In this document: one piece after another, positions 9,685 to 18,617 of the stretch | Position numbering within the stretch: the first letter of the stretch is position 1 | Layout: each line of letters starts with the position of its first letter | Assembly (NCBI GenBank): GCA_963823665.1 | Contig: CAWGMQ010000010.1 | Coordinates: 2,272,001 to 2,336,000, forward strand | Source: an uncultured Planctomycetota bacterium | Lineage (GTDB): Bacteria > Planctomycetota > Planctomycetia > Isosphaerales > Isosphaeraceae | Reading direction: 5' to 3' | DNA: 64,000 bases | The notes under the pieces: generated by a model | Database searches by the model: none | What the model saw: the letters and a program-made list of their open reading frames with translations, nothing else | What the model was told of the DNA's origin: nothing | Made by a program: the position numbers and the translations under genes

Positions 9685-11715
9685 TCACTTCTGGGGCTTC
9701 GCACCGGAATCGCCCTCTTCAATCCTCGTCGAGATCGGCAAATACTCCCGCCCGACTCCAACGCCGGCTGCATCAGCCGCTTCGCGCGCTCCGATGAGAA
9801 AAACAACCAGGCGGTCACCCGATCCGACCTCGGAATCCGGATAGGTCGCATCCCTTGGCGGAACGCCGCTGAGCGGTCCACTCGCCGCGTGCGCCGTCAC
9901 CGTCTCCGGACGAAGCCCCATGCAGATCGCAACATACCGTCCGGTGGGCACGTCACATGCCACAGTTGATCGCCGTTCGATGATCGCAGGCACATTCCTG
10001 TCACGTGCCGGACCGTTCTTCTCCCCGCTGGCTTCAGTCGTGAGCCGCAAATCACGAACATCCACCGTCAGGCGGATTTTCCCTGACAGGATCTTTCCCG
10101 TCATGGAGACCACGGGGCCGACGGGAATCTGTTCGACGATCGGCTTCGCCGATTGGATTCTCGGTGCACCATCCGGCTCGGGTTCGAGGTCAGTCACTTT
10201 TGTCGATATTGGGCTCGGTAGATGTGCACGCTTTCGTGCCAACTGCTGGCCGCTGATCGACGCCTGTGCGCCGTCATATGTCCGGACTGTCGGCGCCTGA
10301 AGCAGGTGGAAATGGACATCCCGCTGCGCGTGTGCAAGCCAGGCGTTAAGCGTTCTGCCGTCGATCACCCATGCCGTGCACTCACCGTCCTTCTTCGCGA
10401 GGTTCGGCCGGTCGTCAAGCAATGGGCGCCATCGATGCGCGTCACCGCTCAGTATTCGAACCTCGTACTCGATCGTCTTCGCGGAATCGACCGGCTGCGA
10501 TCCATAAGCAACTTGTAACGGAAGCGGCGCCCGCGCCGCTTCAGAGTTGTCAAGCGGCGGGGCTGCGGGTGCGTCGGTTACGGCGGCCGTTGCCCTCCCG
10601 GGCTTGTCATCCGCCACGCCAGCCGACACGGCCAGGAATGCAAGCAGCCCCGTCGCGGGCAGGGCGAAGAATGGCCAGGTACGGGTTCGAGTGCAAACAG
10701 GCTTCATGCCAAGCAACTCCTGAATGCGAGGAAGGAGAGAACTGGTTTCGCCGCCGGTCGAGCTGATGCCTACCGGCGTGTAACGGCACGCACGACGAAG
10801 AACTGCGACCCTTTCGAGAGCGTCGGCAAGCGCAAACGCATCCCCGGTTAAACGAGCGGCAGCCGCATCCGCGCAGAACTCGCGCTGTCGCCGCAATGAT
10901 CGAGAGAGCCAGTGAACGGCCGGATGAAAGAACAGGAGCATCTCCGCGAATCGCTGCGCCAAGTTAACGACATGATCGAGCCGCCGGAAATGGGCAAGTT
11001 CATGGGCGAGAATCGCGTCCACCGCATCACCGCGCGCGACGGCAACGAAGCGTGCAGGCAGTACGATGACGGGCCGGAGAATCCCGCAGAGAAACGGTTC
11101 TTCGACCCGCGTGTGCACCAGCACACGAGGTACCCGGCCCAGGCGGAGGCAGCGTGCCAGGGTGCGCACTCGACGCTGGATTGGTTGCGCCGCCGGCTCG
11201 GCCTCGCGACACACTCGCCGCAGGATTCCTGCGCCGAGCGAGAAATACGCAGCGATCAATGCCACACAAAGCACCCACACCGTGAGAATGAACCGACGAC
11301 CCGCAGTCACAACCCCGACGACGCTCGCCAGGCAATCGTTGACCACCATCGATCGCGTCGGCCGCTCCGGCACAATGCCCTCGCCACCAATCGCGCCCCC
11401 GACTGCACGGTGGCTCGCAACCGCTTCGCCCAGCTTCGCGCCGACTGTGATCTCCCATGTCACGTGCTGCGCCGCAGGCGAGCCCTTGGCAATCGCTCGC
11501 TGAAGACCCGTCGCGACCACCGGGCCCACGAGGACCAGAGCAAGCGCCCCCAGCAGAACTCCATGCCGGGCTCGATGGCAAAGCCGCGCCCGGGACTGGA
11601 AGAGGAGCGCAGCCGTCGACGCAGCCAGCACACCAATCCACACGCTATGCAATAGCGCCGGCCAGATCCAGCGTGCGCTCAGCTCTCGGACCGCTTCGAG
11701 CGTGAAGGCTTGCAT
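9685..11715 (-). CDS. M56 family metallopeptidase (BlaR1/MecR1-like), copy B, with secretin-like C-terminal domain
   Basis: AILAHELAHFRRLD and FFHPAVHWLSRSLRRQREFCADA. Collinear with copy A along its whole length. Confidence 0.9.
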   Translation of the reverse strand: MQAFTLEAVRELSARWIWPALLHSVWIGVLAASTAALLFQSRARLCHRARHGVLLGALALVLVGPVVATGLQRAIAKGSPAAQHVTWEITVGAKLGEAVASHRAVGGAIGGEGIVPERPTRSMVVNDCLASVVGVVTAGRRFILTVWVLCVALIAAYFSLGAGILRRVCREAEPAAQPIQRRVRTLARCLRLGRVPRVLVHTRVEEPFLCGILRPVIVLPARFVAVARGDAVDAILAHELAHFRRLDHVVNLAQRFAEMLLFFHPAVHWLSRSLRRQREFCADAAAARLTGDAFALADALERVAVLRRACRYTPVGISSTGGETSSLLPRIQELLGMKPVCTRTRTWPFFALPATGLLAFLAVSAGVADDKPGRATAAVTDAPAAPPLDNSEAARAPLPLQVAYGSQPVDSAKTIEYEVRILSGDAHRWRPLLDDRPNLAKKDGECTAWVIDGRTLNAWLAHAQRDVHFHLLQAPTVRTYDGAQASISGQQLARKRAHLPSPISTKVTDLEPEPDGAPRIQSAKPIVEQIPVGPVVSMTGKILSGKIRLTVDVRDLRLTTEASGEKNGPARDRNVPAIIERRSTVACDVPTGRYVAICMGLRPETVTAHAASGPLSGVPPRDATYPDSEVGSGDRLVVFLIGAREAADAAGVGVGREYLPISTRIEEGDSGAKPQK

Positions 11716-12137
11716 CGGGCCGCTCCTTTCTCGGGTTTGGCCGTGCGCCGATTCTGAAAATCGTCGAGCAGCGAGCGAATCTCCGTCAGCTCGGCTCCGG
11801 AGGGATTCGACTGGTCGAGCAAGTGCGCGACCAGCAAGCTGGCCGATCCGCTGTAGACGCGCTCGAGCGTCTCGCGCAGCATCGAGCGCAGAGTATGCTC
11901 TCGCGGCGACGCGGCCGCATACAGAAAGGCACGCCCGTGCGGCTCGCGCACGACCAGCCCCTTCTCGGTCATGACGTTGAGCAAGCTCATCACCGACGTG
12001 TAAGCCCGCGGCGGTTCATCCTGCTCGTTGACGACAGCAAGCACATCACGGACCGACGCGGCGCTGCCGCGAGTCCAGAGTATCTTCAGAATCTCGAGCT
12101 CACCCGGCGTGGGATGCTCGTGACGCGGGCGCGACAT
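11679..12137 (-). CDS. BlaI/MecI/CopY family transcriptional repressor
   Basis: PTPGELEILKILW...SVRDV...AYTSVMSLLNVMTEKGLV.R...GRAFLY winged-helix signature, directly upstream of M56. ATG at 12137 follows GGAGG. Confidence 0.92.
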   Translation of the reverse strand: MSRPRHEHPTPGELEILKILWTRGSAASVRDVLAVVNEQDEPPRAYTSVMSLLNVMTEKGLVVREPHGRAFLYAAASPREHTLRSMLRETLERVYSGSASLLVAHLLDQSNPSGAELTEIRSLLDDFQNRRTAKPEKGAARCKPSRSKRSES

Positions 12138-12187
12138 GGATGCGGACCTCCGTGCATGGGACCACTCGTTTCCAACCAACGAGTCGG

Positions 12188-12215
12188 ATCATACGGGTTT
12201 TGCCGTAGTTGTCAA
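12188..12215 (-). promoter_or_regulatory. Sigma70-type promoter of the blaI operon with overlapping candidate BlaI operator
   Basis: Minus strand reads TTGACA-N16-TATGAT. The inverted repeat TACGG-N6-CCGTA (12192-12207) overlaps the spacer and -10 element. Confidence 0.65.
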
Positions 12216-12240
12216 CGGTGAAACCAGTAGATTAGGTCCC

Positions 12241-12301
12241 TTGTCTTCTGGCCGATGCAAGGCTACGATCGCAGATACAGTCAATGACATTTGTCGTTGA
12301 C
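12241..12301 (+). promoter_or_regulatory. Candidate promoter and downstream palindromic operator for the DUF1559 gene
   Basis: TTGTCT-N17-TACGAT (12241-12269), followed by GTCAATGACA-TT-TGTCGTTGAC (12280-12301; 10-bp arms, 1 mismatch). Confidence 0.45.
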
Positions 12302-12336
12302 AACATGCCGCCCAGTGCGATCATCGGAGCTCCAGC

Positions 12337-13347
12337 ATGTCTGTTTCCATCACCTGCGAATGCGGCCGGTATCTGGAGGCGCCCGAATCCATCGCCGGCA
12401 CTCGCGTGCGCTGCCCCGATTGCGGGCGCGAGCTGATGGTACCCGAGCCAGTCGCCGGCGGAGAAGAGCTCGCCGATTCGTGGGAAGTGGCCAGGCCACG
12501 CACCAGCGGCAAGGCGATCTACAGCCTCTTTCTGGGCTGTCTGTTCTTTCTTGTGTGTTTCGCAGGCATGCTAGCGATCCACTTCGGCATCGAAGCGCTT
12601 CGTGAGATCAAACGGAGCAAGGGAGGGCTCCGCGGCCGGCGGATGGCTCTCGCCGGGATCGCTCTCGGCGTTATCGATTGCCTGCTCCTGATCGCGCTAT
12701 TCGTCCCTCCGCACCGCTCGGCTCGCGAGGCAGCCCGCCGCGCGCAGTGCGTGAACAATCTCAAGCAGCTTGGCCTGGCCCTGCAGGTCTACCATCAAGC
12801 GACCGGTAGTTTGCCCGCAGCGGCGATCACAGGCAAAGACGGCAAGCCGCTGCTCTCCTGGCGAGTCGCGTTACTACCGTTTATCGACACCGGCAGCCCC
12901 TACTGGAAGTTCCATCTCGACGAGCCTTGGGACAGCCCGCACAATATTGGGGTCGTCGAACTGATGCCGGCAATTTACCACTGCCCGAGCGACACCACTG
13001 GAAAATGGGGAATGACAGGCTACATGGCCGTCATCGGCGCCGGCACGGTCTTCCGTCCGGACTACCAGTCGGTGCATTTTCAGGACATTTCCGACGGCAC
13101 CGAGCAAACGATTCTCTTCGTCGAGTCGCCCCGGACCGTGCCGTGGACCAAGCCGGAGGACATCCCAATTGAAATGGTTCTCGCGCCAGATGGCCTCGGA
13201 AGCCATCACGGCTATCAGAACGACGGCTTCAATGCACTCTTTGCGAGCGGTACCGTCCGTTTCTTGAAGAGATCGATCACGCCCGGCACGTTGAGCGCGC
13301 TCTTTAGCCGCAACGGGGGCGAGGACGTCTCATCGGACAGTTATTGA
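12337..13347 (+). CDS. DUF1559 domain protein with N-terminal Zn-ribbon and DUF4190-like TM hairpin
   Basis: ITCECGR...VRCPDCG, RTSGKAIYSLFLG...GRRMALAGIALG, AREAARRAQCVNNLKQLGLAL, LSWRVALLPF, DEPWDSPHN and HxxxxxGFNALFASGTVRF. Confidence 0.9.
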   Translation: MSVSITCECGRYLEAPESIAGTRVRCPDCGRELMVPEPVAGGEELADSWEVARPRTSGKAIYSLFLGCLFFLVCFAGMLAIHFGIEALREIKRSKGGLRGRRMALAGIALGVIDCLLLIALFVPPHRSAREAARRAQCVNNLKQLGLALQVYHQATGSLPAAAITGKDGKPLLSWRVALLPFIDTGSPYWKFHLDEPWDSPHNIGVVELMPAIYHCPSDTTGKWGMTGYMAVIGAGTVFRPDYQSVHFQDISDGTEQTILFVESPRTVPWTKPEDIPIEMVLAPDGLGSHHGYQNDGFNALFASGTVRFLKRSITPGTLSALFSRNGGEDVSSDSY

Positions 13348-13409
13348 GATCGCGCGTGGCTCCCGCTCACCTTTCCCCCCTTTGCAAGGGGGGGAAACGG
13401 ATCGCGCGT
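13348..13409. repeat. C/G-run hairpin flanked by a 10-bp direct repeat; possible bidirectional terminator or REP-like insertion
   Basis: TTTCCCCCCTT-TGC-AAGGGGGGGAAA (13372-13397) lies between convergent genes, with GATCGCGCGT at both 13348-13357 and 13400-13409. Confidence 0.55.
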
Positions 13410-13442
13410 TCGCACTCTCATCTGTCAGATCTCACTCTTCGA

Positions 13443-15809
13443 TCATTTTGTCGCTTCTTCCCACCTCAATACGCTCAACGACAGCGCCGGAAACCGGAAC
13501 GAGAAACGCGGCGACTTGGGCGAGATCACCTCGGTCTGGCGGGCGATGATTCTCTCGGGCTCGGCGAAATTGTTCGTGGCGTCGGGCTCACCCGCGCTCT
13601 TTTGATCTGACAGCGTCCACACGACAACGCGGTCTGCCTGGCCGGCTTCATCCGTGAAGGACGAGAAATCGAGTGGGCGAGTGATCGGTTCGAGCGCATC
13701 ATTGACCGCGAAGAGGATCACCGCGTCTCCGCTGGGCGCGAGTGTCGCGCTCAGATCGGGGCCGACTGAAGTGGGCAGCGGCGATTCGATCTTGAGCGGC
13801 CGATCGCCGGCAAGCGTGGCGTAAAGCTGCTGAGCATAATAAGTCGGAGTCTTATAGAGCCGGTGGTTGTCGGTCTGGATGCAGCCCGAGCAGAAGCTGT
13901 TCACGAGGTTGGACCGGCAAGCGATCTGCACCAGGTCGCAATGCCGGTGAATCAAGTTGTGGTATCGCGAGCAGGCCAGTGCATTGGCCAGGTTCCAGAG
14001 CTGCCCCCTCCCCGGACCCCAATCGCCGCCCGTCGTGTTCCACTCGGTGACCGCGACGCCGATCGCCCGGCCGCCGGCATGCTCGCCAATCATCTTCCGC
14101 ACGGAAATGAGGCTGTCTTCCTCGGCGCGAAGATTGGCGCATTCGTAATGATGGGGTGAAACGTAGTTGAGCCACTTCCCCGCGCGCTGGAGCACGGTGG
14201 GCGTGGGATAGCTCGACATCAGCTCGATCGAGCCGTCCACGCGTCTTCATCGCTTCACAGAAGGCCGCCAGCCGAGCTTCGTAATCCGCACCGCTGCGCT
14301 CGTTGCCGACTTGCCAGAACTTCACGCGATGTGGTTCGGGGTGTCCGTTCTTCGCCCGGAGCGCGCCCATCGGCGTGTCGACCGCGCCATTCGAGATACT
14401 GCACAAGCGCGGCGGCATCATCGGGGTCGCGGCGGCTGAATCGCACGCAGATCAAGGGCTCGGCGTCGACCATCCGGCAGAACTGCACGAACTCTTCAAG
14501 CCCCGGCCCAGTGGGCTGAAGACCTCCCCATGCGCGGAAGGGACGGCGGTGGTCCGGATCGCCGATCGTGTCGCGCCATTCGAATTCACCCAGATTGGGA
14601 TCGTCGAGGGTGCTGCCGCCGAAGCGGATGATTCCCGGGCGCATCGCCTTCACCGCCGCGACAACGTCGGCCCGCCAGCCCCCTTTCGCGTCGACAGGCA
14701 TGAGTGAAGCGTTCTCGACCCAGAGCGTCCCGGGCCCGCTGAAATTCGATTGTCAGCGTGGCGTTCGTGTCGGTTCCCGAGGGAACGAGCGGCACTCGCC
14801 GCTTGGTCCAGTCCGGCGTCGTGTCGAGCTCCGCGGAGGCGTAAACCGTCGCATCGCGATGGAGCCGCACGCGGACCTTTCCGCTCAATCCACTTTGCTT
14901 GAGCAAGCAGGCAAAGTCACAGCCCACGCCGGCTTGTACGGCAATTCCATCCTGGGCGATCGCAACGGTGCACGGCGTTTGACCGACTGTCTCGATCTTG
15001 TAGGACTGTTCGCCGCTGACCTTGGTCGACTTGTCTCGCACGAAGCGTGCGCGATTGGTGGCCCCGCTCGGGTACCACGGCCGTTCGTGGAAGTCGGTCT
15101 CCTTCAGATAAGCGACCTTGTAAGGGCTGAGCCCCTCGAAGCTGCCGTCAAAGAGCTTCTCGGCCCACATGGCCGGCACCATCGTGCAGAGGTACTCGAT
15201 GAACTGGCCGTACTGATTAGGGTTGATGCGGCCGGGACGAAGGAACTCCCGTGTGATCTTGACCGGCGAATTGCCCGGATCGATTCTCTCGATCGCCATC
15301 CCGTCGAACCATGCCGTCCCGCGCCCTTTTCCATACCCGGCCAGGAACGGTGCGATCCGCACTTTGCCATCGGCGGGTGCAACGAATGCGAGGTCCACAC
15401 GAGTCCAGGGCGTGTCTCCCTCGTGGCTTTCGCCGCCGGCGATGGCGCTGCGGTCAGCCGAACGTTGGACTTGAAAAGTGCCCGAGACCTGGGCGTCAAG
15501 GCGCTCGAGGCCCTGCGTCTTGACCCATCCTGTGAATCGATAGCAGCACGACGGCTCGAGAGTGATGTCCTGGCCCAAGGCCGTGTCCGACGCCTCTTTC
15601 GCGTAGACACGAAGAGATTGACGGCCCTCGTGCGCGACGCCGCCGTCGAGCGCGACCGTGCTCGCAGGCCCATAGGTAATCAGTTGCCAGCCATCGAGCG
15701 CGCCGCCGGACTCAAATCCGGCGTTCTTCAATAGGACGGCGCGACTGCCGGGGCCGTCGCTTGAAGCGAGTCCCAGGAACGCCGCGATGATCGGAATGAA
15801 AAGGTTCAT
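13443..15809 (-). CDS. Secreted GH51-type alpha-L-arabinofuranosidase with N-terminal CBM4/9-like domain (frameshifted)
   Basis: Signal peptide, LKNAGFE carbohydrate-binding-like start, YGQFIEY, GWRADVVAAVKAMRPGIIRFGG, WQVGNE (acid/base), VTEWN (nucleophile), SNLVN and FPALSLSVL. Split over ORFs 14586-15935, 14255-14701, 13852-14421 and 13443-14240. Confidence 0.8.
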
Positions 15810-15958
15810 CAGTGCCCCGGTTTGCGTTTGTGTATTCTTCTTGCCGCTGACCACGGCCTCACCCGCTCGCAACGCCCCTCTTTTCATTATGGTCCGTGCG
15901 CTACAGAATGAACCATGAGCAGGAGGACGGGTCAAGTCCCTGAGGTGTCAGACCAAAA

Positions 15959-16984
15959 ATGCCCGATCTCATTGTCCCGGCCACGGTGATCGGAAGCTGG
16001 TCGTTCCCCGGCTGGTTCGAGAAATTCGCCGCCGATGTGAAAGAACATCCCGAGACGTTCGGCCCGGCCGATCGTGATGAGGCCGTGCGCGACGCCGTAC
16101 GTCTGGCCATCGACGACCAGCTTCGCGCGGGCCTCGACCGGATCACCGACGGCGAGATGCAGCGGGTCGATTTCAACCTGGGGTTTTACCAGCACCTCCA
16201 CGGCATCGAGCCGGTTCCTCGCGCCCGCCGCTGGGGTGCCCCCGCCCACGATCAACGCGACCGCTACAAGGCGATTGGCACGCTCAGAGCACCGAAGGGC
16301 CTGGGCACGGTCGAGGAGTATCGCCGCCTTCGCGAATTCACCACGGCCCCGGTCAAGATGCCCGTCCCCGGGCCATTCACACTCTCGGGCTGCATCGATT
16401 GTGGTACAGTCTATGATGGCCGAAACGCAGTCACCCGGGCGCTTGCGCCGATCGTCAACGCCGAGCTGAAAGCACTGGTGGCCGCGGGGGTTGATTTCAT
16501 CCAGCTCGACGAACCCAGCTTCGCCTGCCATCCGGGCGAGCCCGAATTCTTCCTGGAAACGTTGGCCAAGACCGTCGACGGAGTGAGCGCATACATCAGC
16601 ATGCATCTCTGTTTTGGCAACTACCGCGCCCGGGCCGTCGGGCATCGTTCGTACGCGCCGCTCATGCCGCATCTGGCCAGCGCACGCGTCAATCAGCTCG
16701 CACTCGAGTTCGCCAGCCGGGAAATGGCCGAGGTCGAGCTGCTCGAGACGCTGCCCGAAACGATGGACGTCGCCGTGGGCTTGGTCGACGTCAAGAACAC
16801 GTGGATCGAGCCTCCCGAGCTGATCGCCGAGCGCATCTGGAAGGTGTTTCGCCACGTCCACGCGCGCCGGGTTTCGATCACGCCCGATTGCGGCTTCTCG
16901 CAGACCGCGCGGTTCGTGGCGATTGCCAAGGCCAGAGCCCTGGTCGAGGGGGCCAGGCTGGTGCGGAAAAAGTTCAATGAATGA
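15959..16984 (+). CDS. Single-barrel cobalamin-independent methionine synthase II family protein (MetE C-terminal-like)
   Basis: TVIGSW, ITDGEMQR, IQLDEP, and Zn ligands in MHLCFGN, LEFA and PDCGF. At 341 aa it lacks the N-terminal barrel of full MetE. Confidence 0.85.
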   Translation: MPDLIVPATVIGSWSFPGWFEKFAADVKEHPETFGPADRDEAVRDAVRLAIDDQLRAGLDRITDGEMQRVDFNLGFYQHLHGIEPVPRARRWGAPAHDQRDRYKAIGTLRAPKGLGTVEEYRRLREFTTAPVKMPVPGPFTLSGCIDCGTVYDGRNAVTRALAPIVNAELKALVAAGVDFIQLDEPSFACHPGEPEFFLETLAKTVDGVSAYISMHLCFGNYRARAVGHRSYAPLMPHLASARVNQLALEFASREMAEVELLETLPETMDVAVGLVDVKNTWIEPPELIAERIWKVFRHVHARRVSITPDCGFSQTARFVAIAKARALVEGARLVRKKFNE

Positions 16985-17051
16985 TCGAGTGAGGTCGCCG
17001 GGACGACTCGGTTCGGGCTGGCTCCGGCGGCGAGCGCTGGGAGAATAACGG

Positions 17052-18591
17052 ATGAGCATCACGCTGGGCATCGACGTCGGAACTTCCGCAACCAAGACGC
17101 TGGCAATCGACGAAACCGGGGCGATCCTGGCGTCGGCCTCCGCCGAGTATCCGTGTGATCATCCCCGCCCGGGGTGGTCCGAGCAGCATCCGGATCTGTG
17201 GTGGGAGGCGACGAAGAAGACGATCGGCCGGATCCTGGGCTCCGGCCGAGTGCCCGCAAAAAGCATCGCCGGAATCGGCTTGAGCGGCCAGATGCACGGT
17301 TCGGTTTGTCTTGATGGAACCGGAGCGGTCATCCGTCCCGCGCTGCTCTGGAACGATCAGCGCACCGCGGCGGAATGCTCGGAAATCGAAGCGAAGGCCG
17401 GCGGCCGCGAGGCCTTGATCCGCATGGTCGCCAACCCTGCACTCACCGGATTCACTGCACCCAAGCTTCTGTGGGTGCGCGAATCACGAGCCGAAGAACT
17501 GGGAGCGGGTGCGGCAGGTCCTCCTTCCCAAGGACTACGTGCGTTTTCGGCTCACGGGCACGTACGCGACCGAGGTCAGCGACGCTTCGGGAACACTGTT
17601 GCTCGACGTGGCCAACCGCCGCTGGAGCGGCGAGCTACTTTCCAGGCTCGGGATCGAACAAGCGATCTTGCCCGCTTGCTACGAAAGCCCCGAGGTGTCC
17701 GGGAAAGTGAGCGAGCTGGGCGCAAGAGCCACTGGACTTCCCGTCGGCGTCCCGGTGGTCGGAGGCGGCGGCGACCAGCCCGCAGGCGCGGTCGGCAACG
17801 GCATCGTGCGTCAGGGCGTGGTCTCGGCGACGATGGGAACTTCCGGAGTGGTCTTTGCCCACGCTGACTCGCTCGGGTTCGACCCGCTCGGCCGCCTGCA
17901 GCGCGGCTGCCATGCCGTGCCCGGAGCGTGGCACGTGATGGGCGTGGTGCTCTCGGCCGGCGGCAGCCTGCAATGGTTCCGCAACGAGCTCGGTAAGGCC
18001 GAAATGGCCGTCGCCAAGCAGAAGGGCGAAGACCCCTACTTCATCCTGACCGACGAGGCCGCGCTCGCCGGTCCCGGCGCCGAGGGGCTCTTCTTCCTGC
18101 CGTATCTGACCGGCGAGCGAACTCCCCATTTCGACCCCGACGCCAAAGGCGCGTGGATCGGCCTGACCGTCCGACACGGCCGGGCGCACATGATCCGCAG
18201 CGTGCTGGAAGGGGCCACGTTCGCCATGCGAGACAGCCTCGAGCTGATCCGCGAAATGGGCGTTGCCATCGAACAGGTGCGAGTCTCCGGCGGCGGCGCC
18301 AGGAACGCTCTCTGGAGGCAAATCCAGGCTGATATTTACGGCTGCGACGTCCACACGCTCAACTCAACCGAGGGACCGGCCTTCGGCGTGGCGCTCCTGG
18401 CCCAGGTTGGAACCGGCGCGTTCAAGTCGGTGCCGGAAGCATGCGACGCGACCATCCGGTCCGTCGACTCGACCGCGGTCGACCCGCGCGCGATGGCTTT
18501 TTACAACCGAGCCTATGCCGTTTACCGGCGGCTTTACCTCGATCTCCGCCAGTCGTTCAAGACGATCAGCGGGCTCGTTTCGGAAGGGTGA
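17052..18591 (+). CDS. xylB: Xylulokinase (FGGY family); one frameshift near 17485-17510
   Basis: LGIDVGTS, GWSEQHP, IGLSGQMHG, LWNDQRT, LLPKDYVRF, GGGDQ, FLPYLTGERTPH and SGGGA. Confidence 0.92.
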
Positions 18592-18617
18592 GGACGCAGC
18601 GCGGAGGGGGTGAACGT

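Noticed and set aside
7471..12137. Beta-lactam resistance (bla/mec) locus
   Set aside because: There is no beta-lactamase or PBP2a gene nearby, and the M56 proteins lack a penicillin-binding sensor domain.
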